A stretch of 64,000 nt of DNA from Escherichia phage teqdroes. The stretch lies in the sequence record NC_054932.1. One strand, 5' to 3'. Each line of letters starts with the position of its first letter. The stretch's first letter is position 1. Shown in pieces: positions 1-9,496 of the stretch. Below the pieces are notes generated by a model. It was not told where the DNA came from. It saw only the letters and a list, made by a program, of their open reading frames with translations, and did no database searches. Position numbers and translations under genes: made by a program.

Positions 1-1
1 T

Positions 2-112
2 GTTCGCCAAAATGATGATTCTCGAGCACATATTGTCACATTTACCAAAGACGAAGCTATTGCGCTAAAGATTTATCTTGATTCTGTTATTCCAACTATG
101 ATTTCAAAGTGA
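2..112 (+). CDS. 3' end of an upstream hypothetical gene (partial)
   Basis: Open frame from window edge to TGA at 110-112; next gene starts 7 nt later. Confidence 0.4.
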   Translation, partial: VRQNDDSRAHIVTFTKDEAIALKIYLDSVIPTMISK

Positions 113-118
113 GGAAAT

Positions 119-640
119 ATGTTTATTTCAAGTGGAAGTGGTTTAATTCGTGTTGAATTTAAAAATGACATCTTTCTTATTCAAGGAGATGATATTATTA
201 AAATGAGTTATGACGAAATCAAGAAAATTTGTCATGCTCTTGAAAGTCATGGAAAAGTGAACGCTGTTATTGATATTGGCGATTTATGGGTGACACTTTA
301 TGAAGTATCCGAAGGATTTAACATTGAAGATGAAAATAACATTTTAGCTATTGATAAAAGAACTGATTTGTTTGATGTATTAAAAGTTTATGAACAGTCA
401 AATGGCGGAAGAAAAGCTGTATTGATTTATCAAAAACCGCATTCATGTGGAACTGCTTCAATCATTTCAAATATTGAAGGCGAAGTTGATACTTATATGT
501 GTGTTTTAAAAGCTGGTGGTGACCGTCATCCGGATTTTATTTCTATTCGTCAAAACAATGGAGAAATTTCATTGTCAAAATCAGAAGCTGAAGCTATGAT
601 TAAGTATTTAACAACCGTTACGCCTTCAATGAAAGGATGA
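119..640 (+). CDS. hypothetical protein, 173 aa
   Basis: ORF track; GAGG Shine-Dalgarno 6 nt upstream of ATG. Confidence 0.6.
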   Translation: MFISSGSGLIRVEFKNDIFLIQGDDIIKMSYDEIKKICHALESHGKVNAVIDIGDLWVTLYEVSEGFNIEDENNILAIDKRTDLFDVLKVYEQSNGGRKAVLIYQKPHSCGTASIISNIEGEVDTYMCVLKAGGDRHPDFISIRQNNGEISLSKSEAEAMIKYLTTVTPSMKG

Positions 641-1095
641 TTATAATTATGATTATTAATGAAAACTCTTGGCACGTTCGTATGCATGATTTCTTTTACT
701 GGCAGCGTCCGAATTCTTTGTGTAAATATTTCTGGAAAATGGCGTGGACGTTCTTAGTTATCGGTGTTATTTGCGCATCGGGGCTATTAGGTAGTTGGGT
801 GGTAGGACAAGCTATTTTAAGTCAATTTGGTGTTACAGGATTCTGGCTTCTACACGCAGGTGGAACCGTATTTGGTGTACTGATATTTGCTACGATTGTC
901 GTTATTGCAGTAGGTATAGCATATATTGTAGCTAAGATTTCAGGTTTATGGGAAAGAGTCAGGTATGATAGAGCGTGGAAGCGTCAACAAGACGAAGAAA
1001 ACGGTATTGAACATCCTAAGAGTGTAATCGTTGAATACCTTAAAGCTAGTAAATCTAAAATCTGCCCTATGATAGAATTTAAGGATGTTAAATGA
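637..1095 (+). CDS. hypothetical membrane protein, 152 aa
   Basis: ORF track; two long hydrophobic stretches; ATGA overlap with upstream gene. Confidence 0.55.
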   Translation: MIIIMIINENSWHVRMHDFFYWQRPNSLCKYFWKMAWTFLVIGVICASGLLGSWVVGQAILSQFGVTGFWLLHAGGTVFGVLIFATIVVIAVGIAYIVAKISGLWERVRYDRAWKRQQDEENGIEHPKSVIVEYLKASKSKICPMIEFKDVK

Positions 1096-2102
1096 AAACA
1101 GTAATGAAAAGCTATTTTGGTAGTCATCTTTATGGAACTTCTACTCCAGAATCGGATGTAGATTTTAAAGAAATTTTTGTTCCTCCTGCTCGTGATATTC
1201 TTATCGGAAACGTTAAAGAGCATATGAGTAAAAACACTAACAACACATCATCTAAAAACACTAAAGATGATATTGACCATGAACTATACAGTCTTAAATA
1301 TTTCTTTAAATTAGCAGCAGATGGTGAAACTGTAGCATTGGATATGCTTCACACTCCACCTGAACTAGTGGTTAAATCTGATTTGCCTGATGTGTGGAAG
1401 TTTATTCAAGACAACCGTTCTCGTTTTTATACGACTAACATGAAATCCTATTTAGGATATGTCCGCAAGCAAGCTTCTAAATACGGTGTCAAGGGTTCTC
1501 GTTTGGCTGCATTACGTGATGTATTGAAAGTAGTTAATCAAATCCCTGAGCAGTGGATTGATTACCAAGAAGATGGTTCTATTAAGCAGCGTCGCACTAA
1601 AGTTGAAGATATTAAGCATCGTCTTCCAGAAAACGAATTCTGTGAATGGGTGTTCCATAATCATGAGAAAACAGGCCCACAAACGTTCTACGCTGTGTTG
1701 GGTCGTAAATATCAGACAACGCTTTCTCTTATTGAGCTTAAGCAGTCACTGAACAAATTAGATGCTGAATATGGTGAACGTGCTCGTAAGGCCGAAGCCA
1801 ATGAAGGTATTGACTGGAAAGCTCTGAGTCATGCTTGTCGTGGTGGACTTCAACTATTGGAAATTTACAAAACTGGTGACTTGGTTTATCCACTCCAAGA
1901 TGCTCCATTTATTCTCGACGTGAAGTTGGGTAAACATCCATTTAAAACAGTTCAAGAGTTTTTGGAAGATGTGGTCGATCAAGTAGAAGCAGCATCTACT
2001 GAAGCTTCTAAGAACGGTATGCCTAAAACAGTAGACATGAGTTTCTGGGATGACTTCCTTGAGAAGGTCTATCTTGAAAACCACCGAAGTTATTATAAAT
2101 GA
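1092..2102 (+). CDS. Pol-beta superfamily nucleotidyltransferase-like protein, 336 aa
   Basis: Motif G-S-x10-D-V-D-F near N-terminus plus downstream ALDMLH acidic residue; position matches T4 nrdC.11 by ORF count. Confidence 0.65.
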   Translation: MKTVMKSYFGSHLYGTSTPESDVDFKEIFVPPARDILIGNVKEHMSKNTNNTSSKNTKDDIDHELYSLKYFFKLAADGETVALDMLHTPPELVVKSDLPDVWKFIQDNRSRFYTTNMKSYLGYVRKQASKYGVKGSRLAALRDVLKVVNQIPEQWIDYQEDGSIKQRRTKVEDIKHRLPENEFCEWVFHNHEKTGPQTFYAVLGRKYQTTLSLIELKQSLNKLDAEYGERARKAEANEGIDWKALSHACRGGLQLLEIYKTGDLVYPLQDAPFILDVKLGKHPFKTVQEFLEDVVDQVEAASTEASKNGMPKTVDMSFWDDFLEKVYLENHRSYYK

Positions 2103-2104
2103 TA

Positions 2105-2131
2105 GGGAGCCTTCGGGCTCCCTTTTTTTTA
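2105..2131 (+). terminator. intrinsic terminator, UUCG tetraloop hairpin plus T-run
   Basis: GGGAGCC-TTCG-GGCTCCC followed by TTTTTTTT. Confidence 0.6.
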
Positions 2132-2154
2132 TTTCAAAAATTTTTCATAAAACG

Positions 2155-2184
2155 GTTTACATGGTCTGTAGTTGTTGATACTAT
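2155..2184 (+). promoter_or_regulatory. T4-type early sigma70 promoter
   Basis: GTTTAC, 18-bp spacer, TACTAT; A/T-rich UP element upstream. Confidence 0.55.
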
Positions 2185-2222
2185 AGACCTATCAAAACAA
2201 ATGAGTAAATTGGAGATACAAA

Positions 2223-2423
2223 ATGACTACTTTGAATAAACGTTTCGGTAAAGCTAAATCTGGTTGTGCAGCTGAACGTCGTTATGTTTTCGCTCAGTTA
2301 GAAGATGTAGAGTATCAGATTAATCAAGTTCACATTACAGGTATCGAGCCTATGTGTGGCCTTGAAGCTCTTCGTGAAGTTCGTGACGGGTATCGTCGTG
2401 ACATCGAAGAAATGTCAAAATAA
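2223..2423 (+). CDS. hypothetical protein, 66 aa
   Basis: ORF track; lies between two promoter-like elements. Confidence 0.45.
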   Translation: MTTLNKRFGKAKSGCAAERRYVFAQLEDVEYQINQVHITGIEPMCGLEALREVRDGYRRDIEEMSK

Positions 2424-2453
2424 GTATACAAACTGATAGGACTATGTTATAGT
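2424..2453 (+). promoter_or_regulatory. promoter-like element overlapping an 11-bp inverted repeat
   Basis: GTATAC, 18-bp spacer, TATAGT; inverted repeat TGATAGGACTA/TAGTCCTATCA at 2434-2463. Confidence 0.4.
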
Positions 2454-2480
2454 AGTCCTATCAAATCAAAGGAGAATAAA

Positions 2481-3449
2481 ATGAAAACTGTAACTATCAA
2501 TAAGGGTATCTACTTCGGTAAAGAAATCTCTGGAACTTTTGAGCTCTTAGGCGAATGGTTCCCAGATAATGCTCCGGTAGATGCACAAGGAGATGGTAAA
2601 GTTTTTGTTGAAATTGACGGTAAACGTCGCGGTGTTTGGGTTTACAAATCAGACATTTCATATGATGGTGTAAAAGTTGAAGAAGTTAAAGAATCGTATG
2701 AAGATATGAAAACCCGCATTAATAAAAGATTTAATGTTATGGGAATGATGACGAATGGTATTATTAATGGAAACATTCGTTCATTAATTATCTCGGGAGC
2801 AGCAGGTATTGGTAAAACGTATTCTTTAGATAAAGCTTTAAATAAAGCAAATGATATTGGATACATTGAGTATAAAAGCATTAATGGTAAAATCTCTGGT
2901 ATCGGTCTTTATGAACAGCTTTGGAATAATCGTGAAGAGAATTCTGTCCTTTTGATTGATGATGTGGATGTTTTCTCTGATATGGACATTCTTAATCTTC
3001 TGAAAGCTGCTCTGGACACTGGAGAAACCCGTAAAGTCTGCTGGAGCACTGCATCTTCTTACTTAGAAGAAAAAGGCATTGAGCGCGAGTTTGAATTTAA
3101 AGGAACGATTGTTTTTATCACAAACGTTGACATTGACCGCGAATTAGACCGTGGTACTAAACTTGCTCCACATTTACAAGCATTAGTGTCCCGCTCAGTT
3201 TATTTGGATTTGGGTGTTCACACTAATGAAGAAATTATGGTCAGGGTTGAAGATGTTATTCTTTCAACTGACATGATGCAAAAGCGCGGTCTTTCTGATG
3301 AAGAAACTTATAAAGCATTATCATGGATGAAAGTCAATGTTAATCGTTTACGCAATGTTTCACTGCGTACTGCGCTTTATCTTGCTGACTTTATTATGAC
3401 CGACAAAAACGGTTGGGAAGAAATCGCTGAGGTTACTCTTCTGAAATAA
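2481..3449 (+). CDS. P-loop NTPase (Walker A and B), 322 aa
   Basis: SGAAGIGKT Walker A and LLIDDVD Walker B; position matches T4 nrdC.10. Confidence 0.65.
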   Translation: MKTVTINKGIYFGKEISGTFELLGEWFPDNAPVDAQGDGKVFVEIDGKRRGVWVYKSDISYDGVKVEEVKESYEDMKTRINKRFNVMGMMTNGIINGNIRSLIISGAAGIGKTYSLDKALNKANDIGYIEYKSINGKISGIGLYEQLWNNREENSVLLIDDVDVFSDMDILNLLKAALDTGETRKVCWSTASSYLEEKGIEREFEFKGTIVFITNVDIDRELDRGTKLAPHLQALVSRSVYLDLGVHTNEEIMVRVEDVILSTDMMQKRGLSDEETYKALSWMKVNVNRLRNVSLRTALYLADFIMTDKNGWEEIAEVTLLK

Positions 3450-3538
3450 TTCATAAGAGGATTTCTATGACAAAAAGGCAGTTCAGAAATAGATTATATG
3501 GACTGCCATCAAAAAGATGACTAGAATTAAACTGGTAA

Positions 3539-3853
3539 ATGGAGGTAATGATGTTATACTCAAAGGCTCGTGAAATTTACGAAACTAAAATTAAAGAAGC
3601 AGTATTTCAGTTCGCAACGACAATGCGTTGGACAAATGACTGGGAATACTCCAAGAATCATAAGAAGCCCTTGGTGACAAGAAAGGCTCATATGTTAGTG
3701 TTAATAGACCGTGAGCAGATTAAAGCCCGAGAAGCTCTCCAGAATCATAAAAAGGCTGCCTTTGAATGGTTTATGGATAACACTGCTCCTGAGACTAAGA
3801 AAGCAGTGAGCGCTTGGTTCAGTGGAAAAAATTGTGAAAGAAGTTTCTTTTAG
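3539..3853 (+). CDS. hypothetical protein, 104 aa
   Basis: ORF track. Confidence 0.5.
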   Translation: MEVMMLYSKAREIYETKIKEAVFQFATTMRWTNDWEYSKNHKKPLVTRKAHMLVLIDREQIKAREALQNHKKAAFEWFMDNTAPETKKAVSAWFSGKNCERSFF

Positions 3854-3855
3854 TT

Positions 3856-3885
3856 GTTTACAAGACTGTTCCTCTGTGGTATTAT
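3856..3885 (+). promoter_or_regulatory. T4-type early promoter
   Basis: GTTTAC, 18-bp spacer, TGG-TATTAT. Confidence 0.55.
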
Positions 3886-3910
3886 ACAACTAACTACGGA
3901 GGAACAGAAA

Positions 3911-4438
3911 ATGAATGCTAAAGATATTTTCAACTTGGTAAACTACAATGATGGTAAATTTAAATCTGAAGCTCAAAGCAAGTTCTTTAATGATGTCTCA
4001 ATCGGTGGTGAAATCACGGTTGATGGAGGACAAATTTACAAATCCCGTTGGAATTGGATCGTTATTATCGATGAGATTGGTATTGTAGAAATTTACAAGA
4101 ATACGAATAAAAATCGTACATTACACTGGTCTCGTGATACTAACGAACAGTACAAAAAGGATAAAGCATCTAAATTATCTCGTGTAACTCAAGAAGATAT
4201 TGAGTTCATCAAGAAAGATATTTTGATGTATGATAACTTAATTGCTGAAGAGCAAGCTGTTATTGATAAATTTGACGAGATTAAAGCTTCTCGTGAAATT
4301 CCTGATTTTATGAAAGAATCAGTAAATGAACGATACACTCTCATTTCAGAGCGTATTGAAACTTACAAAAAGCAAAGAGCTGAACGCCAGAACACTCTTC
4401 GGAAGTTTGAAGAACGGTTAAAGACGGTACTCGCATAA
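3911..4438 (+). CDS. hypothetical protein, 175 aa
   Basis: ATG after GGAGG Shine-Dalgarno; the ORF-track start at 3854 lies inside the promoter. Confidence 0.55.
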   Translation: MNAKDIFNLVNYNDGKFKSEAQSKFFNDVSIGGEITVDGGQIYKSRWNWIVIIDEIGIVEIYKNTNKNRTLHWSRDTNEQYKKDKASKLSRVTQEDIEFIKKDILMYDNLIAEEQAVIDKFDEIKASREIPDFMKESVNERYTLISERIETYKKQRAERQNTLRKFEERLKTVLA

Positions 4439-4440
4439 CC

Positions 4441-4464
4441 GCTTTATACCAAGGATGGTATAAT
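4441..4464 (+). promoter_or_regulatory. promoter, MotA-box-like GCTTTA plus extended -10 TGGTATAAT
   Basis: GCTTTA 10 bp upstream of TGGTATAAT. Confidence 0.4.
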
Positions 4465-4493
4465 GGTTCTAAGCCCTTTTAATTGAGATTATT

Positions 4494-4901
4494 ATGAAAC
4501 AGTTGATAATTAAAAGATTGAATTTATTGATATGTTGTTTATGCGTAGTAGTTGCATATAGTTATTACGCAATTAATGATTATATGCATTATAAAGATTA
4601 TGATGTTACTGTAGTTAATACCTTTACAGGAACTCAAGGAAAGGGGTCTAGTTTATCGTTTATTGCTGTATATGAACTCAAAGACGGTTATAGATTTAGC
4701 GAATATATTTCACCAGAGATGTATTCATCAATAGAAAAAGGCGATAATATTACTGTAAGTTTACGTCCTTTCGACGTAAAACAGACATTGTTTGATAATA
4801 TTGTTTGGTTCTTTGGAATGGTATTAGTTCAATCTGTGTGTGGTGCTTATATAGTCTGTTCCATCTTATTCTGTATATTTAGTAAAATTGAAATTGAGTG
4901 A
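4494..4901 (+). CDS. hypothetical membrane protein, 135 aa
   Basis: ORF track; hydrophobic N- and C-terminal segments. Confidence 0.5.
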   Translation: MKQLIIKRLNLLICCLCVVVAYSYYAINDYMHYKDYDVTVVNTFTGTQGKGSSLSFIAVYELKDGYRFSEYISPEMYSSIEKGDNITVSLRPFDVKQTLFDNIVWFFGMVLVQSVCGAYIVCSILFCIFSKIEIE

Positions 4902-4908
4902 GGAAAAT

Positions 4909-5796
4909 ATGTCAGTAGTAATTAATAATGTCAATGCAGTAATTAAATCTTTAGTTAATAAAAAATTGAATGAATGGACTATACTTCGTCGTGGAGAGCC
5001 AGATAAATTTTTTCATAGATTTAACCCAACTTTGGATTTGAATGTTATTGACAGAGATGTTCATGCTGAAATTTTAGATAAATTTAAAGTTGATATTGGG
5101 TTTGGATTAGATAAACATTTACAACGAACAAACGGGTCTGGAATGGGTTTATCTAATCGCATCATGAAAGCCCTTAATAAAATTGGAGCGTTGTCTCGTA
5201 TTAACGCGAGTGAAATCCTTCGCAATTATAATAAAGGATATGACCTTTATGGTCGACTAATGCCGAAATTATCATTCGATCAAATGATTGCGGATTTGTG
5301 GGAAAATCAACGACGATTATTAGCATTAGGCGCTCGATTAGCTAAAGGTCTAGATAAACAAATGATTTTTAAGACCAATAATACAGAAGACCTTAAATGC
5401 TTTAAATTTAGTATTCGCGGCGATGATTATTACGTCAGAGCTCGCTCTACAGATTATGTTAATATGGGGCATCATCTCTGTTTAGCTTTTGAAGTTTTAA
5501 AAGAAGCCGGAACATTAGAATATGTGTCTGGTGCTAAATGCCCGATTGGTTCAAGTTGTATTTTAATTTATCGCCCGGATGAATCCAGTTTAACTAAATT
5601 GCCTACAAAACCTGTACCAGTTCGCAGTAATGAAAAACATTCTGAGCAAATTGATTATTTTAATAAGCAAATTGAAGAGCTGAATATTTCTATTCAACAG
5701 TATGACGATGAAATTTTCAGACTATCTGGATTGAGTAGTAAAGCTAAATCTGAGCGTGAAAAATTAATTAAAATTGTTGATTTACTTAAATCTTAA
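4909..5796 (+). CDS. hypothetical protein with C-terminal coiled-coil tail (family member A)
   Basis: ATG at 4909 after GAGGAAA; C-terminal roughly 45 aa are heptad-like and E/K/L-rich. Confidence 0.55.
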   Translation: MSVVINNVNAVIKSLVNKKLNEWTILRRGEPDKFFHRFNPTLDLNVIDRDVHAEILDKFKVDIGFGLDKHLQRTNGSGMGLSNRIMKALNKIGALSRINASEILRNYNKGYDLYGRLMPKLSFDQMIADLWENQRRLLALGARLAKGLDKQMIFKTNNTEDLKCFKFSIRGDDYYVRARSTDYVNMGHHLCLAFEVLKEAGTLEYVSGAKCPIGSSCILIYRPDESSLTKLPTKPVPVRSNEKHSEQIDYFNKQIEELNISIQQYDDEIFRLSGLSSKAKSEREKLIKIVDLLKS

Positions 5797-5804
5797 GGAA
5801 CACC

Positions 5805-6824
5805 ATGAAAACTCGTTCTCAAATTGAAGATATGGTTCGTAATGCCAGCTATACCCGTAATGTTATGACATTTTTGTGCCAAAATAATTTAGACCCTGAT
5901 AAAGTTAATCGTGATATTCACTTTAAGTATATGAATAGCAGTGAATGGTTACGTCATTTTAGTAAAGCGGGATATATTACACAAATGACTGCTCGTGAGC
6001 AGCTCACCGATTTCTGTAAAACTATTGATTATAAAAATCCTCTATTTGTTCAAGGCGTTGGTCAGAGTAAGGTTGATTTATCAACAGGATTTTTTAATCC
6101 AAATCATTATCGTATTGAATGGAGATTTATTGCTCTATTTCGTAAACAATTAAAGCAAATTTTGTCTACTGCTAGTCGATTAAAAGGCTCTGATATTAAC
6201 TTAAAGAATCTGAAATTTGATGGTTATACTCTTCAGATGGAAGTAAGACCGTTAAAAGAAAATAATAGAACTGCACGAATTAGCTTTAAACCTAATACAA
6301 AAAATTCTCTTTCAATTTGTGAATGCCTTAAATCACAGTTGACAGAAGCATTTAAGTATATGGATGTTGTTGCCGCTGTTCAGTCTAAGATTTTACCTCG
6401 TTTTGAGCGAAATTGGGAACATACAACAACATATGAACTTGATATGATCGTTTCATTTAAATATGATTTTTTGAGAAAAGACGAAGTCACGCAAGAGAAA
6501 AAGCAGGAAGTGCAAGATAACTTAAATTTATCTAATTGCTCATCAAACGATCCTAAATTTTGGATGTATAGCTCAGGTAATAAAGATGCATGGAAATTTA
6601 ATAAAGCGAATTTTCTTCCTATTGAAAATCCGAGTCTTAAACCTGTTGAAAAATGGCACGCGGATGCGATTGAGAAGTCTCTTAAGGCAGTAGATGATGA
6701 ACTCGTTAAAGCGACCAATGAAGTGTTAGAAGCTGAAAAGATGCTAGAAAAAGCACAAGAAAAAGTCAAAAATCTCACGAAGCAACGTTCTAAACTGAAC
6801 AACGCACTAAATGCACTAAACTAG
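5805..6824 (+). CDS. hypothetical protein with C-terminal coiled-coil tail (family member B), 339 aa
   Basis: ORF track; C-terminus EKMLEKAQEKVKNLTKQRSKLNNALNALN. Confidence 0.6.
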   Translation: MKTRSQIEDMVRNASYTRNVMTFLCQNNLDPDKVNRDIHFKYMNSSEWLRHFSKAGYITQMTAREQLTDFCKTIDYKNPLFVQGVGQSKVDLSTGFFNPNHYRIEWRFIALFRKQLKQILSTASRLKGSDINLKNLKFDGYTLQMEVRPLKENNRTARISFKPNTKNSLSICECLKSQLTEAFKYMDVVAAVQSKILPRFERNWEHTTTYELDMIVSFKYDFLRKDEVTQEKKQEVQDNLNLSNCSSNDPKFWMYSSGNKDAWKFNKANFLPIENPSLKPVEKWHADAIEKSLKAVDDELVKATNEVLEAEKMLEKAQEKVKNLTKQRSKLNNALNALN

Positions 6825-6853
6825 TTTACTTCGCCACAAGGATGTGGTATAAT
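6824..6853 (+). promoter_or_regulatory. T4-type early promoter
   Basis: GTTTAC, 18-bp spacer, TGG-TATAAT. Confidence 0.55.
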
Positions 6854-6881
6854 GTTCTTACTTTCTACTGAGGAGATTAAT

Positions 6882-7883
6882 ATGACTCGCAACGAATATA
6901 TTAAATCGTTCAACAGCGTTATTGATGATAAAGCTATACCGATGTTTGGTCAAAATATCGTTCTTTCTATTATCAATCAATGGCTCAATAGTGTTGATGC
7001 AAGTATTGTTTCTTCCGGCAAATTTATTCATGAAGTTCGTGAAATTTCTAGCCGTGTAGATAAAGATGTTATCAAAAAAACTTTTAAAGAGTCTCGTCTT
7101 CTTTCATATTTGGTTAATCGGGATATTCTTGGTAATTTTGGGAAAGAAATTAAACGAACCAAAGATGTAGTAGGATATAATTGGTTCGGTGATGTTAATT
7201 CTTATCATCTTAATAATAAAGAAGACCCTGAGAATATTTTTACTCGTCGTTGGATTAGTAATTTCAGACTTTTCAAAGGACAAATTTTAAAATCAGCTTC
7301 TAAATTATGTTATGGCGATTATCGTCAAATTCATCCTTTGGCTTCTGATATGATTATCGTAAAAGAATATGAGCTTGATGAAAATAAAGTAGCTATTTTT
7401 GTGAATTATGGATTTTTTACACCAAACGCTAACCAAAAGAATATTAATAAATTTTTCTCAATTGCTAGCACTATAACTCGTCAGTTAGAGACTGCATTAC
7501 TTTGTATGGAAACAGTAGAAAATATTCATACATATCCTTTTAAGAATATATGCGGATGGGAAGGATATAAAATTGTAATTAGTCTTCGTGAAGTGAAATG
7601 TGCTTATTCACTTACTGATAAAGAAATTTATCAACAAAAATGTGAGGAAATTGTGAATACTTCTAAAGAAGAAACTACCCTTGAGGAACTAATGGATAAT
7701 CTTGATGATTCGCCTGAACCGGCAGAAATTCGTCCAGAAGTTATTGCATTAGAAAAAGCTTATAAAGAAGTTCTAGAAATTTCTAATAAAGCGCAGAAAG
7801 AATATGAGAAGGCTAAAAGGATTTGGGAAGAATCTGTTAATCGCCTTGATCGTTTGGAACAAGCTTTACAGTTAATTAAGTAA
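6882..7883 (+). CDS. hypothetical protein with C-terminal coiled-coil tail (family member C)
   Basis: ATG at 6882 after GAGGAG; C-terminus EKAKRIWEESVNRLDRLEQALQLIK. Confidence 0.55.
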   Translation: MTRNEYIKSFNSVIDDKAIPMFGQNIVLSIINQWLNSVDASIVSSGKFIHEVREISSRVDKDVIKKTFKESRLLSYLVNRDILGNFGKEIKRTKDVVGYNWFGDVNSYHLNNKEDPENIFTRRWISNFRLFKGQILKSASKLCYGDYRQIHPLASDMIIVKEYELDENKVAIFVNYGFFTPNANQKNINKFFSIASTITRQLETALLCMETVENIHTYPFKNICGWEGYKIVISLREVKCAYSLTDKEIYQQKCEEIVNTSKEETTLEELMDNLDDSPEPAEIRPEVIALEKAYKEVLEISNKAQKEYEKAKRIWEESVNRLDRLEQALQLIK

Positions 7884-7935
7884 TTTAAAGCCAAGGATGG
7901 CTCGGAGTATAAATCATTAACCAAGTGAGAAGAAC

Positions 7936-8865
7936 ATGAAAACTCGTAAACATTATATTGATTATTTTGACAGTCTTATTACTAAACACCGTAATTATCA
8001 GATCGGACACAGAGCAGTAATCAATAATATTCTTCGTGATTTCCTTCAATATGTTGGCCAGGAAAATCATATCTGTAAAGATACTCAAAACGCTTATTCT
8101 CATTCGTTGGGCAATTTGCTTCAATGGTTTAAACGTTCTCGTATGTTATCTTCTACTGTAGCTCGCGATAACATTAAAAACTTTATGAAGCCGAGCTTTA
8201 TTAAATCTGAGACATCTATAACTGATTTGGTTGAATTTACTATTGTTAATGATGTTAAAAAGACCCATTTGGCTGATTGGTTATCTACCATTCCTGAAAC
8301 TAAATTTGCTGATAAGTTCGCTTGTCAATTCAATGACCAAGTGAATATGCTTTTTAAGCATGCTCGTAAACTATTTACCGCGGGCGATGACCGTACAAAT
8401 ACAGTTCATGTTAAGGATTGGGTTATTGCTGATGAAGTAACACACAAGCCAGGTGGTTCATCAGTATTAATTAATATCCAGGTTCCTTATTATTACTCAC
8501 GTAATCTCGGCACCATGACAGCTAAAGAAATTAATAAGCACAACAAAACTATTCGTTCGTTGTCTTATAAACTCCGCATGATGTTAAAAATCATGGACGT
8601 AGTAGAAATGTATGACGAAACCGAAGATAATGGTTCAATGTTATACAGTTCACGCATTTTAATTAAACTGAAGAACCCTAATACATATAAGACAGTTGTA
8701 AAAGAGCCTAAAGTAGAAAAGATTGATAACTTGAGCGAAGAACGTGAATACCTCAAATCTCGACTAGTTGAAGTTGAAGCTCAGATTGCCGAACACACTA
8801 AATTGTTAAAAGCTCTTAATGCAAAAGCAAATGGTTTACGTAATGCTATTGAGGTATTGAAATGA
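7936..8865 (+). CDS. hypothetical protein with C-terminal coiled-coil tail (family member D), 309 aa
   Basis: ORF track; C-terminus [33 protein letters not shown]. Confidence 0.6.
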   Translation: MKTRKHYIDYFDSLITKHRNYQIGHRAVINNILRDFLQYVGQENHICKDTQNAYSHSLGNLLQWFKRSRMLSSTVARDNIKNFMKPSFIKSETSITDLVEFTIVNDVKKTHLADWLSTIPETKFADKFACQFNDQVNMLFKHARKLFTAGDDRTNTVHVKDWVIADEVTHKPGGSSVLINIQVPYYYSRNLGTMTAKEINKHNKTIRSLSYKLRMMLKIMDVVEMYDETEDNGSMLYSSRILIKLKNPNTYKTVVKEPKVEKIDNLSEEREYLKSRLVEVEAQIAEHTKLLKALNAKANGLRNAIEVLK

Positions 8866-9251
8866 AAAAGCGTCTATTAGAAGATATTGCAGCTTCAAGT
8901 AATTCCAGTCTAATTAAAATTATTATGGCTGGTGAAGAAGACGATCTGGAAATGCGCGGAAAGATTCATGGTTGTGATGATTTAGATTTTAAACCTCCAG
9001 CCTGGGATGCTATTATGGTTATGGTTGAACGTCGCGAAAGGGCTTCTAAAAACGTTCCTAATTGTCCTGAATGCGGTACTGAACAAGTTCAATTGATTAA
9101 CTGGCGTAAACCGGAACTTGAATATAAATGCCGTCATTGCAAACATAAATTTAGTAAGCATGCTCCGGAAATGGTTAAATTACCTGACTCTACTGAGTTC
9201 TTTAAAGAACTTGCGAGTGTTCAACCAATGCCTAATAATATTTTGGATTAA
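8862..9251 (+). CDS. zinc-ribbon protein, 129 aa
   Basis: CPECG ... CRHCKH four-cysteine motif. Confidence 0.55.
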   Translation: MKKRLLEDIAASSNSSLIKIIMAGEEDDLEMRGKIHGCDDLDFKPPAWDAIMVMVERRERASKNVPNCPECGTEQVQLINWRKPELEYKCRHCKHKFSKHAPEMVKLPDSTEFFKELASVQPMPNNILD

Positions 9252-9252
9252 A

Positions 9253-9495
9253 ATGACAAAGCGTAAAGAATATATGGAGACTGCTGAAAAGGCAGTCCGT
9301 GAATTAGCAATAGCGTATTATAATGAACACGGTAAATTTCCTGATAGATACAGCGTGCTTAAATCTGCTGTAACTCGTTCATACAAAAATATGCTATCAG
9401 AAGTAAGTGATATTATATACAAACATAAAGAACAAACGGGCCAAAGTCTTGATTACGACGAGACTTTTAAACAAGTACTAGGAATTAAGGAATAA
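9253..9495 (+). CDS. hypothetical protein, 80 aa
   Basis: First ATG after upstream stop; ORF-track longer form overlaps the previous gene. Confidence 0.5.
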   Translation: MTKRKEYMETAEKAVRELAIAYYNEHGKFPDRYSVLKSAVTRSYKNMLSEVSDIIYKHKEQTGQSLDYDETFKQVLGIKE

Positions 9496-9496
9496 T

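Noticed and set aside
6380-6802. Minus-strand 140-aa ORF inside the 5805-6824 gene
   Set aside because: Fully embedded antisense to a well-supported + strand gene, with no Shine-Dalgarno; typical shadow ORF
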